Source: Euryarchaeota archaeon UBA549 (lineage in GTDB: Archaea > Thermoplasmatota > Poseidoniia > Poseidoniales > Poseidoniaceae). From it: a stretch of DNA of 49,476 nt. The position numbers and the translations under genes were made by a program. The notes below the pieces were generated by a model. It was not told where the DNA came from. It did not search any database and was given only the letters and a program-made list of their open reading frames with translations. Location of the stretch: the NCBI GenBank assembly GCA_002495645.1, contig DAGF01000091.1:1-49476 (forward strand), in the 5' to 3' direction. Below are positions 35,673-46,200 of this stretch, in pieces (positions within the stretch are counted from its first letter, which is position 1; each line of letters opens with the position of its first letter).

Positions 35673-37064
35673 ATGGTTGTTGAAAAAACAGTTGAACTGG
35701 CCCGCTCCATCGGACTCAAGACGTTGGTGATTCTTTCGCTGTCCTCCATGTTGGGTTCAGGGATTTTCCTCCTCCCTGCATTTGCACAGGAAGTGGTGGG
35801 CCCGGGAATGTGGTTTGCCTTCCTCCTTGCCGGCAGCGTGGTCATCGCCAGCGCGTTCTCAAAGGCTGAATTGGCCAGTGCCATGCCTCAGTCCGGCGGA
35901 TTCTATGTTTACGCCGAACGCACCTATGGCCACCTCGTCGGCACCATCAGTGGCCTTGGCCTCTTTGCATCCTTCATGTTGAAATCTGCGTTCGCCTTGG
36001 TTGGTTTTGCAGCCTACATGAAGGTCATCACCGACCACTACGGTATCGAAGACATCAATTCAAACGCCATCGCCATGGTCTTGCTCGCCTTTATTCTCCT
36101 CGTAAACTTGACAGGTGTCAAGGCCATCAAGAAAGTTCAGATTCCCATCGTCACCGGTGCGATGGCCATGGTCGTCGTGCTGTGCATCATGGCCTTGGCC
36201 TCGGGCGACATGGATTTCGGCCGGCCCGTTGAGGACTTCAATCCAGTGAGCATCCAAATGGGAACCGCAGCAGCACTCGTGTTCGTAGCATACTCGGGAG
36301 CCATCAAGGTCGGCGCCATCGGTGGCGAGGTGATGGACCCTGAAACGAACCTCCCTCGAGGCATGATTCAATCCTTGGTCATCGCCACCTTGCTCTACGC
36401 CACCGTCGCCTACATCATGGTCGCTACGATGGACCCGGGATGGCACATGGTTGACGGCCACGCCGTTGAGAACCCAATTACGGTCTTCGCCCAATCGGTT
36501 GCTGGAACAGCCGTTGTGTTGATCGCCTCCTTGGTGGCCATCATCGCCATGGCATCCATGGCACTTGCTGGTGTTCTCTCCTCATCGCGCTTCATTTATG
36601 CCATGGCCAAAGACGGTGTTCTTCCCGCTTCACTTGGAGAACTCAACGAGCGCTACAAGACGCCGCACTGGCCCATTTTACTCACGGGGCTGCTCATGGC
36701 TGTCTCAATCTATTCCTTTGACGTTCACGTCATTGCAGAGCTCGCCTCTGGATTCATCCTCATGGTCTTCATCGTCCTCAACCTCACGGTGGTCGTATTG
36801 CGCCGAGCCGGTCCAAAACACGAGTGGAATCCACCATACCGTTCGCCATTGTACCCGCTACCCCAGATTTACGGCACAATCGCCGGGATGTTCATGCTCG
36901 TCTTGATGGGCAAGAAGGCCCTCTTCGGTGGTGCAGGAGCGATCGTTCTCGGCCTCATTGCATGGTATGCATACGGGCGGAAGAATGTTCAGCCAAGAGA
37001 TGGGCCAACCCCGCTCAGCACCTTCCTTGGCCGAGACAGCACCGTGAGTGAGGAAAGCGAGTAA
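35673..37064 (+). CDS. amino acid permease (APC superfamily)
   Basis: 463 aa, about 12 TM. N-terminal LKTLVILSLSSMLGSGIFLLPA is an APC-type signature. Confidence 0.85.
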   Translation: MVVEKTVELARSIGLKTLVILSLSSMLGSGIFLLPAFAQEVVGPGMWFAFLLAGSVVIASAFSKAELASAMPQSGGFYVYAERTYGHLVGTISGLGLFASFMLKSAFALVGFAAYMKVITDHYGIEDINSNAIAMVLLAFILLVNLTGVKAIKKVQIPIVTGAMAMVVVLCIMALASGDMDFGRPVEDFNPVSIQMGTAAALVFVAYSGAIKVGAIGGEVMDPETNLPRGMIQSLVIATLLYATVAYIMVATMDPGWHMVDGHAVENPITVFAQSVAGTAVVLIASLVAIIAMASMALAGVLSSSRFIYAMAKDGVLPASLGELNERYKTPHWPILLTGLLMAVSIYSFDVHVIAELASGFILMVFIVLNLTVVVLRRAGPKHEWNPPYRSPLYPLPQIYGTIAGMFMLVLMGKKALFGGAGAIVLGLIAWYAYGRKNVQPRDGPTPLSTFLGRDSTVSEESE

Positions 37065-37079
37065 GCAACCGGTCAACAC

Positions 37080-37104
37080 CCGTCACGAACGACGGTTGAT
37101 TTCT
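37080..37104. terminator. hairpin plus T-rich tract between convergent genes
   Basis: CCGTC-acgaac-GACGG (37080..37095) followed by TTGATTTCT. An alternative outer stem is CAACCG (37066..37071) with CGGTTG (37093..37098). It lies in the 46-nt spacer between the permease and ferritin-like gene stops. Confidence 0.3.
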
Positions 37105-37110
37105 CACCAG

Positions 37111-37530
37111 TCAAGCCAGAATGAGACGTAGGTCCTCTAGACTGCGAAGCTCTGCAAGATAGATTTGCTCGATGGCGTCGTACATCTCTTGGTCGCCTGC
37201 CTTTTCCACGAGTTGAATGATGTTCGAATACACTTCGGCAGCCTTCGTTTCGGTCTCCAATGAGCGTTCAAGCATCGCTTTGTACTCGGTGGTGTGGACG
37301 ATGGGGTGGGGATTTCGCTCCGTCACAGGAACACCACCCAATTTGACGATGGCTCGACGGACAACATCGGCGTGAGCGAGTGATTCCGTGGCCTCTCCGG
37401 TGAACATTGGGTCGAGTTGCAGGCGGTTAATCCCCTGAATGTTAGCGGCATAGTGAGCGTACATGTTGACGGCACGGAGTTCCCATCCCAGGGCTTCGTT
37501 AAGGCGTTCAATCAGTTCTTGCACTCCCAT
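37111..37530 (-). CDS. ferritin-like (Dps/bacterioferritin-like) four-helix-bundle protein
   Basis: LNEALGWELRAVNMYAHYA, GEATESLAHADVV (ExxH), ETETKAAEVY, IYLAELRSLEDL. The track start 37560 is TTG; the ATG is at 37530 (MGVQELIERL). Confidence 0.75.
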   Translation of the reverse strand: MGVQELIERLNEALGWELRAVNMYAHYAANIQGINRLQLDPMFTGEATESLAHADVVRRAIVKLGGVPVTERNPHPIVHTTEYKAMLERSLETETKAAEVYSNIIQLVEKAGDQEMYDAIEQIYLAELRSLEDLRLILA

Positions 37531-37590
37531 GTTATCACGAAGTCCTACAGGGTCATACAATATGAACCTCTGTGAAGATTGGCAAGGAGC

Positions 37591-40194
37591 TTACTCATGA
37601 CGAATCCATTCGCCATCGGAGGTTACTTCCCAATACTGCAGTTCTTCTGAAACATCGACATACCAGCCAGTTTGTCCTTGAACGGTCGAGGGCGTAGCCT
37701 GCATGACGCCGACCTTTCCTGCCTCTTCAGCGAGCGCTTTCATCGATTCAAGCGTCAAGCCGTGGCGCTCGTGAAGCGGGGTGTCGTCAACCACTTCTGA
37801 TGAATGACCAACCTCTTCCTCCTCGTCGTCCTCATCTTCATCAAAGGTCTCTTCCATCCATTCATCCTCGGAGGCCTGAGCTGCCTCTGCAGCCTTTCGG
37901 GTCAGCGTGACCAAGACGGCCAAGAGCAGGAAGAGAAGAACCGCAGCCATGGTCATGGCGGTGTTGGTTGAACCCACTGCACCTCCCAGAAGAACATCAT
38001 CAACATCGTAGAACGTTTGTGCGAGCAGGCCACTCCACCGAATGGTGCAAGAGCGGTCGGTTCCACCGTTTTCGATGTCAACTTCCCAGGTGCCGTTGGT
38101 CACAAAGGAGGCGGGCCCTGACGTGCAGGTAACGCTGGTGTTTTCTTTGGGAATGCTGAGCGTGTTTCCATAGGCGTCGGTTGCAAAGGCGTTCATCAAC
38201 ACAACATCGCCCTCAGCGATGGAGTCTCGGCTCATCGAAGCCTGAATCCGAATGGGCGCGCCTGCCTCAATCGTTAATGGAATGGTGTGCGAGGCACCCT
38301 CATCTTCGAGAATTAATTCGTAAGAACCCACCTTCTTGCCGGTGAATTGCCAATAACCAAGGCCCGTGGGAGAAACGTCCAACTCTCCAAGCGAAGCATT
38401 GAGCATCGTGGTAACCGACGTGGACTCGGCGATGTTGCCGTGAATATCGACCACCTGTATGAAAAGGTCGTGGGGCAGGCCAGCGTTGACGACCAAGCCC
38501 TCATCGGCATCGGTGACAAGTGCGTGCGCATCTCCGGTGACCACCGTCAAGCGAACCGTTGCAAACACACCGTCAGCGTTGACCCGAAGCTCATGACCTC
38601 CGACGGTGGTGGCCGTCCAACGTCCGTCGTTCAACAGCATGTCAAGCGTGATGTCCTTGCCGTCCAATGTCCAATTGAGTGCAACATCGCCGAGTTCGTT
38701 TCCATAAGCATCAAAAAACGCTGGATTGAGAGCCAACTCACCGTCGGCAGGAACTTGACTTCCTTCACCGTCCAAATTGATGAAGGCGAGGCGACCTGGA
38801 CGAACATCAAACGCGGCATCGGTGGCAAACATGGCCCCCGTCGTGTTGTCAAACCAGCTTCCATCAAACCGCCACGATATTGCACGCTGTGCTTGAAGCA
38901 AAACAAAGGAAGGGTCCGGTGTCAACTCGGCTTCATCTCCCATGGTCATGGCGATGGTCCCGTCCACAACCCAGCGGTTTCCTTTCACATCCTCCGCCAT
39001 GAGTTCAAGAACGACTTGATCGCCAGCGGCGGGTTCCCGTGGTGTAATTTGGAAGCCGATGTCAATCGCTCGGCCGTGCTCCACATCGAGTGTCAATGAA
39101 CTGCTCACGGTACCGTCAACACCGGTAATGACCGCAGGCCCAGTGGCTGAAGGATTCCAAAACACCCGTGCATCGTCGTCAACCGACAAGCCACCAGAAG
39201 AAGCCGTGAGAGCATGGATGGAGGGTGAGACAAAGCCGATGTAGCCGTTGGCATCGCGGCGTTCAAACACCAACTCGTAGGATTCGCCTGCCATGAACAT
39301 CTCTGGTGTGTCAACCACCATCAGTTCCGATGCAACAGCATCACCCGGAATCACATGAAGCGTGGTGCTGCCCGTGATGTTTCCAGCGGACACGGTGATG
39401 AGCCAATCACCGGTGTTGGTCGCGAGGTATTCCCCCTGTGCGTTAAACGAGCCGTTTTCGGCGAACCAAGCCAGGGAACCCACCGTGGACAACGGCATTT
39501 CATAGCCGTTGATATCGACAAGATGTGGCGTGATTTTTTCGATGGTTCCTGCACGAACCATCAGCGGGTCATCGAAAACAAATTCGTGAGGCGCACCTGC
39601 TGCGACCGTGATGGTAGCACGTGTTTCCAACTGGTTGTACCTCACTCGGACATCGTAATCTCCGATGGACTCTGCTGCCCATGTGGGTTGCCCGTGGCCG
39701 ATGTATTCGCCATTGATGTCCCAAACCATGGACGCTGCGCCAGGCATACGGTTGCCTCTGGCGTCGAGCAGGTCAGCGGTCATCGTCGTTGATTCGAGAA
39801 CACCTACGTTGAGGCGAGTGATTTCAATCGAGGTGGGGACGCCGGCTTCAACCGTGATGTTGTGGTATCCCCGAAGGCCATCGTGCTCGGCGATGATTTC
39901 CACCAAACCGGCGGACCATGGATAGAACAAACCGTCTTCCGTGATGCTGCCGTTACTTGTCGACCAACTGATTTCACCTGAAACGAGGTTGTTGACAGGG
40001 TCGTAAATCAGGGCTTCAAACGAGACGACTTCATCAGCGGACATGGAGGCAGGTGGGTCATCGATGACGACCCTGTCGGCTGTCCCTGTACGCTGAATAA
40101 CGGGCTTCTCGTCCAAGAGGGTCGGTACGTTCGTGGACAGCGTCCCCAGGAGAACGAGCGCAACGAGAGCAACGCACGTTTTCGGGAAATTCAT
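37591..40194 (-). CDS. surface protein D: signal anchor, about 7-8 Big_2-like Ig domains, C-terminal TM, acidic tract, Trp-rich C-terminal module
   Basis: 867 aa. MNFPKTCVALVALVLLGTLS. Domain boundaries of the type ITVEAGVPTSIEI, ITVAAGAPHEFVF, LHVIPGDAVASEL, LDVEHGRAIDIGF, LTVVTGDAHALV, LTIEAGAPIRIQ. TM AAVLLFLLLAVLVTLT followed by RK. Tail: EDEWMEETFDEDEDDEEEE...TGWYVDVSEELQYWEVTSDGEWIRHE. Confidence 0.85.
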   Translation of the reverse strand: MNFPKTCVALVALVLLGTLSTNVPTLLDEKPVIQRTGTADRVVIDDPPASMSADEVVSFEALIYDPVNNLVSGEISWSTSNGSITEDGLFYPWSAGLVEIIAEHDGLRGYHNITVEAGVPTSIEITRLNVGVLESTTMTADLLDARGNRMPGAASMVWDINGEYIGHGQPTWAAESIGDYDVRVRYNQLETRATITVAAGAPHEFVFDDPLMVRAGTIEKITPHLVDINGYEMPLSTVGSLAWFAENGSFNAQGEYLATNTGDWLITVSAGNITGSTTLHVIPGDAVASELMVVDTPEMFMAGESYELVFERRDANGYIGFVSPSIHALTASSGGLSVDDDARVFWNPSATGPAVITGVDGTVSSSLTLDVEHGRAIDIGFQITPREPAAGDQVVLELMAEDVKGNRWVVDGTIAMTMGDEAELTPDPSFVLLQAQRAISWRFDGSWFDNTTGAMFATDAAFDVRPGRLAFINLDGEGSQVPADGELALNPAFFDAYGNELGDVALNWTLDGKDITLDMLLNDGRWTATTVGGHELRVNADGVFATVRLTVVTGDAHALVTDADEGLVVNAGLPHDLFIQVVDIHGNIAESTSVTTMLNASLGELDVSPTGLGYWQFTGKKVGSYELILEDEGASHTIPLTIEAGAPIRIQASMSRDSIAEGDVVLMNAFATDAYGNTLSIPKENTSVTCTSGPASFVTNGTWEVDIENGGTDRSCTIRWSGLLAQTFYDVDDVLLGGAVGSTNTAMTMAAVLLFLLLAVLVTLTRKAAEAAQASEDEWMEETFDEDEDDEEEEVGHSSEVVDDTPLHERHGLTLESMKALAEEAGKVGVMQATPSTVQGQTGWYVDVSEELQYWEVTSDGEWIRHE

Positions 40195-40206
40195 TCTACC
40201 ACGTCC

Positions 40207-43200
40207 TCAATCCGTGTACTCTTGCCACTCTTCCTCGCCAGGATTACGGTACCACCAGGTACCGTCTTCGTCTTCCCACCATTCCACGCCGTCTTCGTCA
40301 AAGGTGGTTTCGAGTTCCTCCTCGACCTCCTCATCCTCGGCAGGTGCTTCTTCGGGTGGTGGACCAGATGGACCGGGTGCAGGACCGGATGGACCGGGAG
40401 CGGGGCCGGTTGGGCCGGGAGCAGGACCTGTTGGACCTGGCGCAGGGCCGGTTGGACCGGAGGGGCGTTCGTCGTCGTCGTCATCGTCGTAGTCGTCATC
40501 GTCCCAGTCGTCGCTGCCGCCGCTGTTTCGCATGAACATGACACCGAGCACCAAGAGAACGATGGCCACGAGTGCAAGCAAACCAGCACCAACATAGTAC
40601 AGTGTTCCACCTGCTTCAAAGAAGCCTTGGAAGTTGCCGATGACGGTTATTTCTTCGTTGACGCGAACGGCGCCAACACTGACCGTGATGGTTTGCGGTC
40701 CATCGTCAAGCGTGGTGACGGTCCAAAGGTCGGAGGAGGTCATCGACGATGTTCCACGACCTGTGGATTCAACCTGGACACTGCCTGGAACGGGGATCTC
40801 GTTGTCAAAGGCGTCGAAGGCTCGGATGGCGACCTCAAGGCTGGCAAGTTGCTCAAGGCTATCGGTTGAGAGGTTGACCTCCAAGCGGGCCACAGTGTTC
40901 TGAGCTGAAACCGTAATTTCAGCGGTTGAAACAGCACCGCCCACGCTGTATTGGAGCGTGTGGACGCCAGCCACTTCGGCATCGTAGGTGTAGGTTCCCT
41001 CCGATGAGGTGATGATGCTCAAGGTTGGAACGCTTGCTCCGTCTTCGGTCCATTCCACGTCTTGCGGGAATTGGTTCCCATCAGCGTCCGTTCCCGTCAC
41101 TTGAATGTCAACTCGGTCACCAGCGGTCGGGCTGGTGGTCGAGAGGTCTGCTGCCACCGTGACAGCTTCACCGTGCAGCACCGTGATGGAGACACTATCC
41201 GAGATGTTGAAGCCCGTTCCGCTGATGCTGTAGGCATCAATTCGCCATTCACCGACCGTGGTCGCTTCCCAGCGCATGCCATCAAGCAACAACTGCGTCG
41301 TGATGTCCTGAACATCGCCGGTTGCTACGTTGACCTCAAGCCAAGTCAATTCGTCCGAGGAGATTCGGTTGTTGTCCGTGTCAAAGAGTTCCGAAGTGAA
41401 GTCAACCGCGAAATCTGAGGTCACCTCAATGAGAGCACCCGTTGAACGAAGTGGGTCGTTGGCCACAGCTTCGATGGTGACGGTGTTGAGCATACCGTGG
41501 TCGACGGTGATGTTGATGGAGACGCTGAGGTCGGTGTTTTCGTCACTGTAGGTTGCCGTTAGCGTGTATGGCAAATCAGAGGCGTAGTAGGGTGTGAAGG
41601 TGGTGGCGTCGCCGGTCAAGACCTCAAGGAAATTCGAAGCATCGCTGATGGTCGGGTGGTCAAGCGACCAGTTGGATTCTGGAACCGCCCACTGATTGCC
41701 TTTGGCATCGATGGCGAAGATCTTCGCTTCCAGCGTATCGTCAGCCGTGATGTCAAAGTGTTGCCAGGTGGCAATCTCATCATCCACCGTAATGCGGAGC
41801 GTTTGGGTTTGGCCACGAGAAACATCGATGACAATTTGCGTCAATTCGGTCTCATACCGTGCTTCAAGAATCTTGGATCCGGTCTTCACCGGGTCCCATG
41901 TGGCTGGCGCACCGGGCGTCAACTGCCCGTCCGATGTCTTCGTCCAATTATCGGCTGGCAAAACGACGGTCAAACGATTTCCGCGCACGTCAACCCGCGT
42001 GGTGTTGATGTAAACGCGGTCATCAGCAGTGATGGACGTCGAAGAGGCGTTCAGTTCAAGGTAATCGATAGCGCCGTGTCCAACGGTGATTTGGAGTTCG
42101 TCCATGGCTCCTGAAGCAGATGTGAGATTCAACCACCAAACGCCGACATGGTCTGGGAAGTACTTCTGGTCAATTTCCGAGTAGTTTCCGTTGGTGGTGC
42201 TCCATGTCAGGTCTCCAGCGTCGGCGATGTCCAAAGCGTTGCCGAACTGGTCGTACAAATCGATGCTGATGTCGCACCATACGCCGGCAGGCACCGTGCC
42301 TTCGCATCCACCCAATACGAAGTAAGATGGAACACCGGCTTCGACCGTAACCGCCACATCCACAAACTCACCCGAAGGCACGTTGTGAGCCACACGGACA
42401 ACGTGTGAACCGACAGCGTAAGGCTGGAAGATGTTGGGCACAACAGCGCTCATGCTACCGTTGGTCGGGGTATAGGTGATCGGCTCGCCGGGCACCATAT
42501 TGCCGTGCTGGTCAACCATGTTGGCCGTGATAGTCAAGGTCTCGTCAGCCGTGATGGTCGCCGAGAGCGGCGTTACAACGAGTTCAGTTGCGGCACCGGG
42601 CGTGACCGTGATGTTTTGATGGCCGCAGACCAGACCGAAGCAGGAGGTGATGGTCGTGACACCAGCCGTGTTTGGCGTGAACAACCCGTTGCTCCCGATG
42701 TTTCCGGAAGAGGACGACCACGTCATCGGCGGGGATTGAACCATGGAGAGATGGTCGTACGCCACGGAGTTGAAGTTCACAGCAGTATCTGCATCGGTGG
42801 TTGTTGTGCCGCCAGATGAACTGATGGCCACGCTGGTGATGTTGGTCGTGTTGAACAGGATTTGTGGCCTGTAGTTGACGTTGGTTGCCGTACCGGAGTA
42901 GAACGTTGCATGGGCATAGCCGTTGTTATTGGGCGTTCCAATGATGACCCAAGCCTGCTGGTTGGAGATGGTCATGCCAGCGGTGCTGACATCGAACCAA
43001 ACCCATCCTGTGGTGTCAACATTCACCACGGTTGTCGATACGGCGTCGCCATAATCCACGCCCGCCTGCATACCGGGAGCACCCCATGTTCCGCCTGCTG
43101 TGGTGCCGTTCCAGGTGGCAGAGGCAGCGCCCCAGTTGGCATTGGTGATGGGGTGGACGTTGAACGCAACCGATGTTGCTCCCTGAACCGAAGTCCACGA

Positions 43201-46200
43201 TTCAACGTACATTCCAAGCGAAGCAGAATGCACTTGCTGATATTGTGCGAACGGCACTTGACCAGCGTTCAAGGCCACATTGATGCGGCATTCGTCACCG
43301 TAGAGGGTGCCACAGAAGGTTCCCGCACTGATGGTCTGCTCACCGGCAAAATTGGTGTTCGCATATTCGCTGTAGACGGCCGTGTCTTGCACGTTGGTGT
43401 GGCCAAAGGCGGCGATTTCACTGCCGGTTTGGAAGCGGTACGTGTAGGTGTAATCGTTGTTGAAGGTGTGGTCGGGGTCGCCGACGGCGAAACTCCAGCG
43501 CGAAGAGGAGGGGCCTGGGATGGACTGATTCACGCCTTGAACCCACCAGGAGAAGAGTTGCCCCTCGGTCAAGTTGTCCGAGAATCGGAAGGTGGTGTTG
43601 GTGATTTCAGAATCTTCCCACGAGCGGAATTTGTACACACCGCTCTCGTTTGCGATGGTGACAATGTACCCCGTTGCACCGCTCACCGGCGTCCATGTCA
43701 AGACGGGTTGGGTCGAGGGGGTGAGCAAACCGTCAGCCTCGGCGTAGAGCACTTGGCCGTCCGCAGGCGAGGTCAGCATGGGCTGTCCGGGAGGAACAAT
43801 GCCGTTGACGTTGTCAACGTAATCCAGCACCAGGTGGGGGTGATAGGCGTCGTCCGAATGTTCGGAGGAGTAGAAACTGTGGGAGGACCCTGTGCTTCCA
43901 ATCATCGCCAGCATGAACGTCATGGTGGTGTTGCCGTTGGCGATGTTGCTTTGTGCCAAGCTGGTCAAATCCCATTCCACCCATCCGAAGGGGTTGTTCA
44001 AGGTCAGGGTTGAACGGGTGATTTCGGTGGTTGAACAGGTTGGGGCCGTGGCCCACACAACACTGGATTCGGTAAAACCACTGCAAGCGTAAGCTGCAAT
44101 CGTGGTTGACGATGTTCCCGAAACGCCGGGCTGGTACATTCGCAGCATCATTTGCGTGGGGGTCATCGCAGAGGGCCATGGGATGTTGCTGAGGTCGAAT
44201 TCCATGAGAATGCGACTTTGTCCCGTGCCCAAACCGTTGACGCCGAGGACCATGGTGTTGGAACCGCCTCGGTTCACCGTTGCGTTGGAATCAATTTCAA
44301 CGTCCTCCACCATCGGCAATTGACCCGTGTAGTCAAAGATCGAGCCACGAGACAGGTTCAGCGTGTGATTCCCGTTGCCGTCATCGCTGCCCTGATCTTC
44401 AGGAACGCGATACTTGTTGACGGAGGACCACTCGCCGATGCGGTCGCCCTGGTCGGCTCTAACGCGCCAGTAGATCCAGAAATCCCCCTTGGAGAGGTTG
44501 GTATTGCTGTACGTGTTGTTGAGGAAGTCGAACGTGTCGTTGCCGTAGAGTCCCGCCATGATTTCGTCGTGCGTCCAACAGGTGGTGATTTCTTCGTTGA
44601 GGAACAAAGGATCGCCACCGCCACATGCTGCGATTTGGGTGTGGTTGCTGTAGGTGAGGTTGAAGGTGAAATCAGTGCTGTTGAGCCCCGACGGACGAGG
44701 CGTGGAAGTGTTCCAGAGGGTGATGCCGTCCAGGGGTGTGAGTCCGGTGGGTTGCGATGGCACCCATGCCTCGACGATGCGATAGGTCAGGTTGAGGCGT
44801 GGCCGAACGTCGATGTTCGAGGCTTCGCTTGAGGCAAATTGAACGCGCCCGTCTACGCCGGTTTCGAGTTCAACGGGGAAGAGCACGATGTCCAGTTCCG
44901 CCATGTTGTTCTTCAAAGCGTGCTGAACATAGGCTGTAACGTTAAACGCGGCGGTGCCGGTCTCGTTGACCCATTGCGCTGCGTTGAATGGGATATCGGA
45001 GTCTCTTATGGTGAATCCACCCGTTTGAGCCCACGATGAGGTGTTGCCCGCTGGGTAGGCGTAAACCGAGGATTCGCTCCATTGGGAGGTCATCTCCGAG
45101 ACCGCAATGAGCGTGGACTGGTAGGCGTTCACCACGGTGAATTCCAAACTGGCGTTCACCACTTCGTAGGTCCCGGGCATTGGAAGGGCACTGAAATTCA
45201 TGTTCATGAGCGACATTGAGCGGAGGTTGGGGTTGCTCGTGGACACTTGGCTGCGACCGACATAAAGACTTGAGGATGAACCGCGGTTGGTGTAGATGGA
45301 GCCCGTGTCAAGGTAGGTGTCTTGGGTGACGCTCGGATAGGAGAGCGACGCTACAATCGACCCTTCCTGGATGGAGAGGTTGGCATGGGTGCTGTTGATT
45401 TCCTGACCGACATCGTTTGGCAGGTAGAAACTTGTGGATGCACTTCGGGGACCAAGCATACCGTTGTTGATGGGTTGAACCATCCAGCGAATCTCCTGAG
45501 CGAACGTCAAATCTGATGAGGGCGTAAAGGTCAGGTTGGTGGTGTCAAAGTCTGAGGGGGTGGTGCGTGAATCGTACGTGAACAAGCCCGCCATGTCGTC
45601 GTTAGCATCGGTTTGGATGAAGACTCGCCAGTCAGAAACTGCGGTCGCCCCGCTGTAGGTCCATGAGAAGGTCGGGGAACGGTCGGCTTGGAGTGCATGG
45701 GAGGCCGCGTCCCAAACGATGGAACCGCTGGTCGGCGCGCTGTTCACGCCGCTCACGGTCGGGGTTGCGACGGTTCCGTCTTCCCATGTCAGCGTGAGGT
45801 AGGGGCGCTCGCTGGCGCTGCCCTCAGTGGAGGTGAAGATGATTTCATCCGTGGTCTGTGAAGAGGTGTAAACCATCAACGAGACAAAATTCTGGCTGTT
45901 GGCAAGTGCACCTTGAACAGCCTCGGTGACATCGAAATCCATCCAATCATCTTCCACACTGTCAACGAGATCAACATAGCTGCCGACGTCAACACCGATG
46001 TCGCGACCGCCACGCTCAGACCAGGTGTTGGTGCCGTCGTACGTGGTGGCGTTGGCCGAAGTCGTCCAAGGTTGGAGAACGGGACGGATAGCGACGGGCT
46101 CATCCTCTGGCGAACCGTATTCTGCAAACAAACTCAACTCCGCCCCGGTGACGCGTGCGCCCGAGGGTTGTGGGACTTCAGCGAGCGGAATTCGAATGAG

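Noticed and set aside
40361-40465. Possible collagen-like Gly-X-Y triple-helix repeat
   Set aside because: The Gly spacing alternates 3 and 4 (heptad GPTGPAP) rather than strict triplets, and the tract is predicted to be cytoplasmic. It is better described as a polyproline-II spacer.
42862-44013. 383-aa ORF antisense to the giant gene, and similar ORFs at 47302..48195, 38347..39099, 44152..44832, 21654..22490, 22230..23027 and 23725..24474
   Set aside because: All are embedded in the long surface-protein ORFs, either antisense or in an alternate frame. They have Arg/Gly/His/Val-rich low-information composition. The host ORFs have coherent domain architecture.
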